A stretch of DNA of 64,000 nucleotides. Source: an uncultured virus (IMG/VR IMGVR_UViG_3300020466_000002). Lineage: Duplodnaviria; Heunggongvirae; Uroviricota; Caudoviricetes. The notes beneath the pieces are model-generated. The model was not told where the DNA came from and did not search any database. It saw nothing but the letters and a program-made list of their open reading frames with translations. A program made the translations under genes and the position numbers. The DNA lies in the IMG/VR virus record IMGVR_UViG_3300020466_000002; one strand, written 5' to 3'. Shown piece after piece: positions 1-9,077 of this stretch; position 1 is the first letter of the stretch; every line of letters starts with the position of its first letter.

Positions 1-827
1 CATGAAGAAACATAATAAGTTATATACGTAGTCGTTGTATTTGAACTAGTATTAAAAGTTGTTGTTGTGCTATGACTTGTACTGTGATATGTATTATACG
101 TTGTAGTTGTATTATATGTCGTAGTAGTATTTCTACTAGTATTCCAATATGTGGTATACGTAGTAGTTGTATCATGCATAGTATTATACGTTTCAGTAGT
201 TGTTTTACTAGTAGCATACGTTGTTGTTGTATCTCTACTTGTTGCCCAGGTTGTAGTTGTATTAGTTGTATGACTAGTGGCATATGTAGTAGTCGTACTC
301 TTACTAGTACTCCACGTGGTAGTCGTAGTTTGACTTGTGTTGTAATAAGTTGTATAACTAGTTGTAGTAGTGGTACTAGTGTTGTACGTTGTACTCGTTG
401 TATGACTTGTTGCGTACACAGTAGTTGTATTTTTACTTGTATTATACGTTGTTGTAGTGTCAGTACTACGGCTAGTATTATACGTGGTAGTAGTGTTTTT
501 ACTAGTCTCCCAAGTTGTTGTTGTGTCTCTAGTTGTGTTCCACGTAGTAGTGGTATTAGTTGTGTGACTAGTAGCGTATGTTGTTGTTGTATTTTTACTA
601 GTAGATTGACTAGTGTTGAATGTTGTCGTAGTTACTTTAGACGTATTAGTATTAAATGTAGTTGTAGTACTATGACTAGTATTATATGTCGTAGTAGTAC
701 TATGAGAAGTATTGTATGTTGTTGTAGTACTTTTAGATGTACTCCAAGTTGTAGTCGTTGATGTTGAAAACGATCCTGTCGTGTTCTTTAACCAGAAATC
801 TTTTCTTGCAAATGGTATCCATTTCAT
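1..827 (-). CDS. Thr-rich tandem-repeat protein, 3' end runs off the window; probable virion fibre/surface protein
   Basis: ATG at 827 on - strand with frame open to the window edge: MKWIPFARKDFWLKNTTGSFSTSTTTTWSTSKSTTTTYNTSHSTTTTYNTS...; ~10-aa repeat TS[KHR][SND]TTTT[YWF][NA]; absent from ORF track because no stop in window. Confidence 0.85.
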   Translation of the reverse strand, partial: MKWIPFARKDFWLKNTTGSFSTSTTTTWSTSKSTTTTYNTSHSTTTTYNTSHSTTTTFNTNTSKVTTTTFNTSQSTSKNTTTTYATSHTTNTTTTWNTTRDTTTTWETSKNTTTTYNTSRSTDTTTTYNTSKNTTTVYATSHTTSTTYNTSTTTTTSYTTYYNTSQTTTTTWSTSKSTTTTYATSHTTNTTTTWATSRDTTTTYATSKTTTETYNTMHDTTTTYTTYWNTSRNTTTTYNTTTTYNTYHSTSHSTTTTFNTSSNTTTTYITYYVSS

Positions 828-838
828 ACTTATTTATT

Positions 839-1837
839 TTATCCGAAGTTACCAACATAATTAACAAGTACTCTCCTATTGCCAGCATCATCATCACTAA
901 TAACTAGATAAGAAAATAAAGATACAGCACTATTTGTTGTTACAAAGTTTACAGTTGCTGAATCAGGTGTTAGCATATAACTAGGTAATGCAGCGAAAGC
1001 AACAGTACCAGAAGAAGCATTTACAATAACTATATTACCAGATTGACCAATATTTGCATCTGCAATAGTCATAGCTATAGTATTGGTAGCAGCGTTAGCA
1101 TTTATTATAAAATTATCATTTACACTTAAATTACAAGTATGCGTATTACTAGAGTGTGTTACTGTAGTGTAGGTTCTTTGTAAAGCTCCTCCAATTTTAT
1201 GATTACCTGCGGTTTCAGTATGACCAGCACCATGAACTTTAAAGTTTAAATATGTCGAGCTTCCAGTTGAAGTTTTAAGCCAAATTGCAGCATCATTATG
1301 CGCATTTATTATAGTCATGTCCGCACCTTTATCCTCAATAGTACTAGCATATAATGTACTACCAACTGTTAAGTTAGCTGCAGTTTCTACATGACCATTA
1401 GCTGATTTTAATTGAAGTGCACCTGTAGTATTAGAACCTGGATATAAGTGAACTACTTCATTTTCATCCATAGACATAACTCTAACATCATTCCACGTAC
1501 CAATGCCAGGACCAGAACCATCAGCAGCAGTACCAAAGAAAATACCAGCAGAAGTAGAATCATTTTTTTCTGGAAATAATCTTAAACTACTTATTTGATT
1601 ACTATCTCCCCTAAAATGACCAACCTCTTTACCATCACACCCAAAATATATTTTTGTTGTATTTGCTTCACTTCCAGAATCAGCCCATAAGGATAAAGCT
1701 CCAGCAGTACTTGATGCTGTGAGATACGAATCAGCTCCCGTGTCTGTATCAGTGAAACGTAAAGTAGGTGCAGAACCCTTTAAAAGGAATTCATCTTGAT
1801 GTGTTATGCCTCCAGCGGCATTCATATTTATAGGCAT
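839..1837 (-). CDS. tail fibre/structural protein
   Basis: 332 aa Gly/Ser/Thr-rich beta-type sequence, fibre-like C-terminal domain, late-arm context. Confidence 0.6.
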   Translation of the reverse strand: MPINMNAAGGITHQDEFLLKGSAPTLRFTDTDTGADSYLTASSTAGALSLWADSGSEANTTKIYFGCDGKEVGHFRGDSNQISSLRLFPEKNDSTSAGIFFGTAADGSGPGIGTWNDVRVMSMDENEVVHLYPGSNTTGALQLKSANGHVETAANLTVGSTLYASTIEDKGADMTIINAHNDAAIWLKTSTGSSTYLNFKVHGAGHTETAGNHKIGGALQRTYTTVTHSSNTHTCNLSVNDNFIINANAATNTIAMTIADANIGQSGNIVIVNASSGTVAFAALPSYMLTPDSATVNFVTTNSAVSLFSYLVISDDDAGNRRVLVNYVGNFG

Positions 1838-1854
1838 ATTATTATAGTTATATT

Positions 1855-1885
1855 AATACTGACGGTACCGAAGTACCGCCGTATT
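1855..1885 (-). terminator. GC-rich hairpin with C(UUCG)G loop; probable terminator or stability element
   Basis: - strand GGCGGTAC-TTCG-GTACCGTC in the intergenic gap, with additional AATAC/GTATT pairing. Confidence 0.55.
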
Positions 1886-1896
1886 TTTAATTATTA

Positions 1897-3855
1897 TTAA
1901 GATGCAGGATAAGTAGCTGTTACTGAGCTTGCGTTTTTGCAAGAAGTAACTGTTACAACTAAATCCTCACTTGGTACTTCAGCAAAATGGAAAGTTAAGT
2001 GATCATCAGAAGCAGAACCATTATTATCCTTATGATACTCACAGATATAAACTTCTTTTGAAGTAAGTCCATGAACTTCAACAATAACATTTGGTGTATC
2101 AAGATCATGATCTATTAAAGCTTTTAACACTGTTGCATCCATTGCACTAACATCAATAGTTGATGTTACAGATCTACCAGCTAAAGAAGCAGGTGTTACA
2201 AACTTAGAAGAGTTAGAACCCGCTTTTGTTTCAACAACTGAAGCAGCTGAGTCAGCAGTTGCACTAGTAGCTATGCCATCTAGTTTATCATGATGAGTAG
2301 TACTCATTAAACCAGCAATACTACCAGTTGCTTCAGCAACAGTTATGTTTGTACCTGTTGATGATGCTATTGTTAACGATCCAGTAGCTGTAGTTTGTGA
2401 AAGGTTTGTAGCAACGTTTACTTGTGCTCCAGCGGCTATACCATCTAATTTAGTTTTATCTCCATTTGCAAATGCACCTTCTGATGGTTTAGGTTGTAAC
2501 GTTGAAATTGTTACACCTTTAACACCAGCTAAATCTGTTAATTCAGAATCCATAAGTGCGCCAGCAGCAGTTACATTCGTAGTATCTGTTACATCAGCTG
2601 AAGCTTCAATACCATCTAGTTTTGAATGATCTGCCGATTCAAAAGGTACGGATGTTACACCACCAATTGTTAACGCATCTGTTTCAAGTGTTCCATCAAC
2701 ATCAACATCACCTGATATATCACAGTTAACAAATATTGATGTTCCTGGTGCGTCTATTAAATGTGAAAATACAAATTTATCATTTGAAGCATTCCATGTT
2801 AAACTAGCATCGTTAGAAGCGTCTACCGCATCTTGAATAGTAAGACCAGCTCCATCTGCTGTTGAGCTAGTATCACCTGATCCTTTGTTTACCGTTATGT
2901 TTTTATCTTCAACCTCTAATGTTCCAACGTTAGCTGTTATTGTATCACCTGATACGGTTAAGTCTCCAGTTACTACTAAATCTTTACCTATTGTGACAAC
3001 ATCATCGGTATCACCAATTGTAACAGCGTTTGATGCAAAACCAGAACCTAAAGCTGTTTTTAAGTTTGCAACTGAAACATTGTCAACGGCTGTGTTACCT
3101 GCAAGAGCAGTAGAACCTGATGTACCAAGTTGTAATGTAGTTACTGAACCACCTAGTGAAACAGCTGAACCATCAACAGTTATCGAACTATTTGCAAGTT
3201 TAGCGTTTGCAATTGATCCTGCTAATTGTGCGTTTGTAATAGTACCGCTCAATGATGATGTAGGATAATTAGTTGCGTCTGATAAATCAAAAGCAGGAGT
3301 TGCATCACTACCACCTAATGATAAAGTAACGCCACCGTATGCTACTGATGAGTTAGATAATTTAGCGTTTCCAATTGAACCCGCTAATTTACTAGCAGCT
3401 ATTGAACCAGCAAGTTGAGCGTTAGTAATTGTTCCAGTTAATGAAGACGTTGGATAACCTGTAGCGTCTTGTAGATCAAAAGCTGGTGTAGCGTCTGTTT
3501 CACCTAATGCTAAACTAACACCACCGTAAGATACAGTAGAGTTTGCTAGTTTAGAATTAGCGATTCCGCTTAGTCCTAATGTTATTGTTCCTGAACCCGT
3601 TATAGGAGAACCAGAATCTACGTCAATACCATCAGTGCCAGTTATTGCCACTGAGGTTACAGACCCACCCGATGTCCCTAAAGTTTGCCAAGAACCATTG
3701 TAAAATTTTAAAGAACCTGAGTCATAAATCAATTTACCCGCGGTGTTTCCAGCAGCTGTGGTATTCGAGTGATCTACAACAAAGTCCTGTAGTTTATAGT
3801 CGTTTAAGGATATGTTTCCTTTAACGTCTAAATGATTTAAAAATGGTATTGCCAT
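1897..3855 (-). CDS. tail fibre protein with internal repeats
   Basis: 652 aa; duplicated block YGGV.L.LG..DATPAFDL.DAT.YPTSSL.GTITNAQLAGSI and repeated KLDGI motifs typical of fibres. Confidence 0.7.
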   Translation of the reverse strand: MAIPFLNHLDVKGNISLNDYKLQDFVVDHSNTTAAGNTAGKLIYDSGSLKFYNGSWQTLGTSGGSVTSVAITGTDGIDVDSGSPITGSGTITLGLSGIANSKLANSTVSYGGVSLALGETDATPAFDLQDATGYPTSSLTGTITNAQLAGSIAASKLAGSIGNAKLSNSSVAYGGVTLSLGGSDATPAFDLSDATNYPTSSLSGTITNAQLAGSIANAKLANSSITVDGSAVSLGGSVTTLQLGTSGSTALAGNTAVDNVSVANLKTALGSGFASNAVTIGDTDDVVTIGKDLVVTGDLTVSGDTITANVGTLEVEDKNITVNKGSGDTSSTADGAGLTIQDAVDASNDASLTWNASNDKFVFSHLIDAPGTSIFVNCDISGDVDVDGTLETDALTIGGVTSVPFESADHSKLDGIEASADVTDTTNVTAAGALMDSELTDLAGVKGVTISTLQPKPSEGAFANGDKTKLDGIAAGAQVNVATNLSQTTATGSLTIASSTGTNITVAEATGSIAGLMSTTHHDKLDGIATSATADSAASVVETKAGSNSSKFVTPASLAGRSVTSTIDVSAMDATVLKALIDHDLDTPNVIVEVHGLTSKEVYICEYHKDNNGSASDDHLTFHFAEVPSEDLVVTVTSCKNASSVTATYPAS

Positions 3856-3882
3856 AGTTTTGTTGTTTTAAAGTTTAAGTTT

Positions 3883-4230
3883 TTATTTTTTAATATAAGC
3901 AAATCCAGACTGAGCTGAACTAAATGCTATTGTTAATTGATTCTTGTTAACGTAAGTTACTATTCCAGTACCTTGTACGTTATCATATGTACCACTATCA
4001 ATTTTTAAAGACACATGTGGTAAGTGGTCTGTTAAATCTAAATTATGCGTTACTGTCCAAGTAGCAGAAGCAGAGTTTTGAACATGCTTAAATGTACCTG
4101 AATTTTCCGCAAAAAAGTTAGATAGGTCTTTTATCTTAAAATTCCTAGTATTGCCATTTTCGTCAGTACCTAGTAGTTTGTCTGTGTCTGATATAGTCGA
4201 ATCTAATTGATATTTGTTTATTCTTGGCAT
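3883..4230 (-). CDS. small structural/tail-associated protein
   Basis: 115 aa; WTVTHNL..PHVS motif seen in fibre-associated domains. Confidence 0.5.
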   Translation of the reverse strand: MPRINKYQLDSTISDTDKLLGTDENGNTRNFKIKDLSNFFAENSGTFKHVQNSASATWTVTHNLDLTDHLPHVSLKIDSGTYDNVQGTGIVTYVNKNQLTIAFSSAQSGFAYIKK

Positions 4231-4640
4231 TACTGTCCGTTTTTAAATTTGTTATATTTTTCTACACTTCGACCTCCGAAATAGGCCCCAATGGTAGTCA
4301 TAAGGACTAGCTGAAGTAAATCTGTCCATTTTTCTTCAACTTCGAATTGTAATGATCCACTATCAATAAATACCATGAGCACGGTCGCCACTATAAGGAA
4401 TACTAAAACGAGAGGACGAACTGAACGCGTTAACCAGTTTCCGTGCTCTAAATCTGCTTTCCACCTTTCGGTTACGTTTTTTTGCATAGCGGCTTCTGCT
4501 TCAATAAGTATTTCAGTCATTTCTTTTTCAAACGCTGCTTTCTCATCTTTTGTTCTAACGAACTTATCAACGACACCGCTAATCTTTTCAACAACACTAC
4601 CTCCAGCGTTGCCAAATAATTTAGCTAATATTTTACTCAT
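4230..4640 (-). CDS. holin, 3-TM GTA-holin-like
   Basis: RW.AD....WL.RSVRPL motif, two hydrophobic helices, GAYFGGRS.EK end. Confidence 0.7.
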   Translation of the reverse strand: MSKILAKLFGNAGGSVVEKISGVVDKFVRTKDEKAAFEKEMTEILIEAEAAMQKNVTERWKADLEHGNWLTRSVRPLVLVFLIVATVLMVFIDSGSLQFEVEEKWTDLLQLVLMTTIGAYFGGRSVEKYNKFKNGQ

Positions 4641-4642
4641 TT

Positions 4643-5986
4643 TTATTTATATTGTGAACCTAACCCTCTTGGACCACATCCTTTTCTTTTAAATGGTGAT
4701 CCTTTAAGATCTAATTCGTCTTGTGCTTTATTTGCTTGTGATGTTGTTTGTAATTCACCTCTTGGTTTTAACGAACTTACATCAACTGACATCGGTTTAG
4801 TCGCTAAAGGTTGTACGTCTTTTGGTTTTAATTCGTTTACTTTAGCTACAGGTTGTTTAATTCCTACAGGTTTTTTATCAGGAGATACATTAACTTGAGA
4901 TTCCATACCTCTATCATATCTATTGATAACTCTATTACTTAATATTCTACCACCTAAACCATCACCAGAAATATTCATTTTCTCTTCTAGTTTAGCGGTT
5001 TTAATATCTTTCTTATTCATACCGGTTGCTTTCCTGTATTGTTTATTAACTCTAATCTGTTGTCTATTAGTAGGATTTTCAAATGGAATTTGTTTTCTAG
5101 GTGAACTTGAAGAAGTTGTAGAAGACGCAGAAGACGCAGAAGACGCAGAAGATGTAGAACTTGCTGGTTTTACTGTTTCAACTTTAGCAACTGGTTTTTT
5201 ATTTACATCTACAAAAGGATTAGTATTAACACTAGGTTTTGGAGCTGTTCTATTATCAGAAGCTAACTTGTTGCCTTTTTTATCATAACCTTTAATTGTA
5301 TCATCATATTTCCAACCTCTTGCATCATATTCAGCTTTTCTAGCATCACTACCACTAGCGTAATCAGCAATTTTACCAGTAGCTTTTCCACCTGGTTTAA
5401 CGTATGGTTTGTTGTTGTTACTGTTATTATTATTATTAGGTGCTTCTGGAGCTACATATGGTCCAGGAGGTAAATTACTTTCCCCTGAATCTTTAGCTTC
5501 ACTACCAAACGAACTAGCTAATTGTGAGCCTCCATATCCATAAGAAGCATAATCAGCAAGTCTACCAATATTACTAAGAGTTTTGTTTCCAGTAATATTA
5601 GCAAGTGATTGGAATGGTCTTACAACACTTGATGATCCAAAGTTAAGGAATTTTCCAAGACCTGTAGTTTCTTTACCTGTTCTAACACCTTTAGCAAACT
5701 TACCAGTTTTACTGTTTAAAAATCTTTTACCAGCTGCTTTAAACCCTTTGTTTGTTAACCATTTTCTAGCTTGTCCTTGTATAAGCTTTTTTGCTCCCCA
5801 TCCTAAAAGTCTTCTTCCTGCAATTCCTGCAGCGATCCCAATAAGTGGAGCTATTTTTGCAGGAGAACTTGGTGCCATAGGTACGCCTTGTGATTTTAAC
5901 ATTGGAGGATTTACGCCATCTTGCATAGCTGATCCCATCCTTGCTTTATTTATTATGTTTATTGATTTTGGTCCTTGTTTTCCCAT
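4643..5986 (-). CDS. basic low-complexity hypothetical protein, probable virion-internal
   Basis: 447 aa; SPAK-IAPL amphipathic segment; C-terminal SPFKRKGCGPRGLG. Confidence 0.6.
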   Translation of the reverse strand: MGKQGPKSINIINKARMGSAMQDGVNPPMLKSQGVPMAPSSPAKIAPLIGIAAGIAGRRLLGWGAKKLIQGQARKWLTNKGFKAAGKRFLNSKTGKFAKGVRTGKETTGLGKFLNFGSSSVVRPFQSLANITGNKTLSNIGRLADYASYGYGGSQLASSFGSEAKDSGESNLPPGPYVAPEAPNNNNNSNNNKPYVKPGGKATGKIADYASGSDARKAEYDARGWKYDDTIKGYDKKGNKLASDNRTAPKPSVNTNPFVDVNKKPVAKVETVKPASSTSSASSASSASSTTSSSSPRKQIPFENPTNRQQIRVNKQYRKATGMNKKDIKTAKLEEKMNISGDGLGGRILSNRVINRYDRGMESQVNVSPDKKPVGIKQPVAKVNELKPKDVQPLATKPMSVDVSSLKPRGELQTTSQANKAQDELDLKGSPFKRKGCGPRGLGSQYK

Positions 5987-5988
5987 GA

Positions 5989-7458
5989 TTATTTATGTTT
6001 ATTTCTTTGTTTAAATGGAGTACCTGATCTTTCAAATTTCATCTTTGGTCCACCAAACTTATTTGTAGATTTTTCTTTTGGCATATACGGTGTACCATCT
6101 AATTCAGGAGCACCATCAAGACCACTATCACTCATGTTAGCTAATAAATTTTCAAAAGCAGTTTGTTTATTTGCTTTATTAGGATTATTACCCATTGGAG
6201 TAGGTATAAAGAATTTGTTTGGTTGAATGTTGTTAGCTACAGATGTGCTATCTACTTCTTTTTCATTTTCTCCTCTTTCGTCATTACTACCACCGCCTTG
6301 ATTTTGATTGTTTACATTATCTTGATCATTTTGGTTATTATTCTGATCATTGTTTTGATTGTTGTTTTGATCAGTACCACCAGCACCATCACCACCATCA
6401 CCACCATCACCACCAGCACCATCACCACCAGATCCTAAACTTGTTGTTCCAGCATCACCAGTTAAATCACTTAAGCTTACGTAATCACCAGGATTAGTTA
6501 CAATAGTTCTATCACTGCTTGAACCAGCGGTAGCGCCTTTAGCTTTACCACCAGCTTCAATTAATCCTTTCATTTCATCTTGACTATATAAATTTATATT
6601 TCTACCTTGATTTACACCATCAGTATGAAAACCTTGTGTTACTTTATTATTTTCCTGTTGTAGCTTTAAATTTGATAATTTATTTTCTAAATTTTTTTGT
6701 CTTTTAGATTTATCTGTATTTAATGATTGCATCCTTTGATTTTCAGCAAGATTGCTAGATATTCTTTGGTATCTATTGCTTTGCATCTTTTTATTATATG
6801 CAGCAAATCTACCAGCATCGTAATCTGGGTTAGCTATTTCGTTACCAGACTCATCAGTAATTGTTTCTTTACCCATGTTAGCAATTTGATCAGGAGTATA
6901 ACCGTCTAACATTTTATTTAACTTATTTTGTAATTTTTCGTTTTTGTTTTCTCCAGATAACCTATTTAATTTATTTTCTGTATTATTTATTTTTCTATTA
7001 AACTTGTTATCATAATTACTTATTCTTCTTCCTCTAACCATTTGGCTTCTTACATCGCCAACGTGAAAACCATCAACCATATCACCTTTTGTACCAGGGT
7101 TGTTACTTGGAATATGTTGCATTTGATAACTTATTGTTTGAGAACCTGGTATTGCTTCATTTCCAACCGACATAGATTTATTTTGTGCCCATGTTTTAAA
7201 TTCTTCACCATCAGGATCCCAATCTGGATTAAAACCACCTGCGATATCTTTTGGGTTATTAAAACTATTAAAGTAACTTTGATTATCAGTCACTGTTACT
7301 TTATTTTTAGCTGGTTTAGCTTTTTTAGTTTCTGTTATTCTGTTTACATTAACTAATTCATTTTGATCAGTTACTGCTTGTCCAGCAGATTCTGTTGTTG
7401 TTTGTTTGAATGGTGAGCCTTTAAGTTTAAAAGGGGCACCTTTTTTGTATCTAGTCAT
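5989..7458 (-). CDS. low-complexity hypothetical protein, probable virion-internal
   Basis: 489 aa; Gly/Asp and Asn/Gln tracts; APFK, SPFK and TPFK motifs. Confidence 0.6.
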   Translation of the reverse strand: MTRYKKGAPFKLKGSPFKQTTTESAGQAVTDQNELVNVNRITETKKAKPAKNKVTVTDNQSYFNSFNNPKDIAGGFNPDWDPDGEEFKTWAQNKSMSVGNEAIPGSQTISYQMQHIPSNNPGTKGDMVDGFHVGDVRSQMVRGRRISNYDNKFNRKINNTENKLNRLSGENKNEKLQNKLNKMLDGYTPDQIANMGKETITDESGNEIANPDYDAGRFAAYNKKMQSNRYQRISSNLAENQRMQSLNTDKSKRQKNLENKLSNLKLQQENNKVTQGFHTDGVNQGRNINLYSQDEMKGLIEAGGKAKGATAGSSSDRTIVTNPGDYVSLSDLTGDAGTTSLGSGGDGAGGDGGDGGDGAGGTDQNNNQNNDQNNNQNDQDNVNNQNQGGGSNDERGENEKEVDSTSVANNIQPNKFFIPTPMGNNPNKANKQTAFENLLANMSDSGLDGAPELDGTPYMPKEKSTNKFGGPKMKFERSGTPFKQRNKHK

Positions 7459-7462
7459 AATT

Positions 7463-7807
7463 TTATCCTGAATAGTTATTTAATAAATTCATAAATTCTC
7501 CTGTTCCTGGTTTACTGTGTTGAGGATCATTTGGATCAGTATTTTTCATATCATAGCTTGCTTTTGAAATATCTTTAGCTATTTTAGCTCCTTCAGCCAC
7601 ATTTCCTGTAAATCTACCAGAGCTCATTTCATTAGACCACATTGAAGCATTACTAGTGTTTCCAAATGGATTATATTTAAAAGGTGTACCCATATCTACT
7701 GGACCACCTGAACCATCTGCATTTAAAGAAACTTCTTGGTTTTTTGGATAATTACCACTACCTTCTTTTGCTTTTTGTGTTATTGGTTTACTTTTTTCGT
7801 TTGCCAT
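7463..7807 (-). CDS. hypothetical protein
   Basis: Likely start MANEKSK at 7807 rather than 7849; contains TPFK. Confidence 0.55.
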   Translation of the reverse strand: MANEKSKPITQKAKEGSGNYPKNQEVSLNADGSGGPVDMGTPFKYNPFGNTSNASMWSNEMSSGRFTGNVAEGAKIAKDISKASYDMKNTDPNDPQHSKPGTGEFMNLLNNYSG

Positions 7808-8177
7808 TTTTTTTGTTTTTAACTTTATTACTTTCATCGTACGCTTCACCTTCCCAGTCTAAACTACCTTTACCTTCTTCCATAAGTGCTCTTGGATGTA
7901 TTTCTAAAGGAGAACCTGTGTCCTCTTTCCAATATACGTTTTTATTATCATAACCAAGTCTACCTTGTTGCATTTGATCATGATGTACGTTTTCATGAAC
8001 TATTGCTTCTTTTATTTCGTTTTTAGGTATATCCTTATCTATAAATGTAGTACCATCTCTATTTGCTTCAGCTTTTACTCCACCTTCTAAATCTTTAACG
8101 AAAACTGGTCTTCCAAAGACCGATAATTGTTCATCGATGCCCAGTAATTGAGCAATAGTTTTCATTCTAAATGCCAT
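7788..8177 (-). CDS. small zincin-like metallopeptidase candidate
   Basis: HENVH (HExxH) with downstream WE.EAY. Confidence 0.55.
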   Translation of the reverse strand: MAFRMKTIAQLLGIDEQLSVFGRPVFVKDLEGGVKAEANRDGTTFIDKDIPKNEIKEAIVHENVHHDQMQQGRLGYDNKNVYWKEDTGSPLEIHPRALMEEGKGSLDWEGEAYDESNKVKNKKNGKRKK

Positions 8178-8380
8178 TATCCCATTACTTTATCTGCTAC
8201 CGCACCTGCGATAACTGGTGCTGCAGCTTTAACAGCAACAGCTGCTAATGGAGCTATTTTTGCAGGACTCTCTTTGCAATCGCAATTAGGTAGATTTTTT
8301 TCACAGTCACAATCGCGACTGATTACATTTTGGCCTTTAACAGCACCAAGACCCTGTGGGCCTATTCCTTTTGTAAGCAT
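8177..8380 (-). CDS. small hypothetical protein
   Basis: 67 aa; GIGPQGLG, CDC..CDC and SPAK-IAPL; translationally coupled to neighbours. Confidence 0.55.
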   Translation of the reverse strand: MLTKGIGPQGLGAVKGQNVISRDCDCEKNLPNCDCKESPAKIAPLAAVAVKAAAPVIAGAVADKVMG

Positions 8381-8382
8381 AA

Positions 8383-8823
8383 TTATCTATCTTTATCTTT
8401 AATCATATCATCAATAGCTTTATTAAAAACCTTGTCTGTATATGATTTATTATTATAAAAAACGTTTCGTTCTGAAGTTGGAAGGTCCTCTTCCCCTAAT
8501 AGGATTCTGTATATACGGGATATAAGTTGACTGCATTTAAATGAGGTTTTGTATATACTATATTTAATTGTGGTTCGGTTTCTATGTCTCCAAACTTCGA
8601 TCCAACCGTTTTTCCGAAGTCGCTCCCAGCGGTTTTTGTCCCAACTGTAAGTATAAGAGCCATCTATAAAATTATTACGTGTAAATCGCGATTTGCAATC
8701 TAAATAGACTAAAAGTTCTAAGTCAGCGTCTTTTAGATCATAGGTTTTACAGGCCCATTTGCGTACGAGCCTGTAATATTTAAATAAATTTAATTCCCTA
8801 AGATCTTGTGCACTTAATTTCAT
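8383..8823 (-). CDS. hypothetical protein, possibly winged-helix-like
   Basis: 146 aa ORF overlapping the groES stop by 4 nt. Confidence 0.55.
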   Translation of the reverse strand: MKLSAQDLRELNLFKYYRLVRKWACKTYDLKDADLELLVYLDCKSRFTRNNFIDGSYTYSWDKNRWERLRKNGWIEVWRHRNRTTIKYSIYKTSFKCSQLISRIYRILLGEEDLPTSERNVFYNNKSYTDKVFNKAIDDMIKDKDR

Positions 8824-9077
8824 TCTACTAAAACTATATCTTGAATTTGTATAACATGATATAGTTTATCTTCCTTTCTAATACCATGTCCAGCATGTTT
8901 ATCGTAAAATACTACGTCGTTTTCTTCAACACCCTTTACCAAATTACCTAGTGATATAATTTTTGCTTTAATATACCTGTTTTCAGTGTTCGTTTTGTCT
9001 GTTAATATAAGTCCAGCCACTTTTTTTGGCTCTTCTTTTATCTTTTCTACTAAAATGTAATATCCTATTGCTTTCAT
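8820..9077 (-). CDS. groES: co-chaperonin GroES-like
   Basis: 85 aa; ILVEK...AGLIL...V..NDVVFYDKHAG...DIV pattern; adjacent to groEL. Confidence 0.85.
   Translation of the reverse strand: MKAIGYYILVEKIKEEPKKVAGLILTDKTNTENRYIKAKIISLGNLVKGVEENDVVFYDKHAGHGIRKEDKLYHVIQIQDIVLVE

Noticed and set aside
72..761. 229-aa Cys-rich + strand ORF (and the 20..283 - ORF)
   Set aside because: Antisense or off-frame shadow of the Thr-rich gene; ACN codons read as TGT/AGT/CGT on the other strand
6243..6497. Poly-His ORF on + strand
   Set aside because: Shadow of the Gly/Asp repeat in the 489-aa - strand gene
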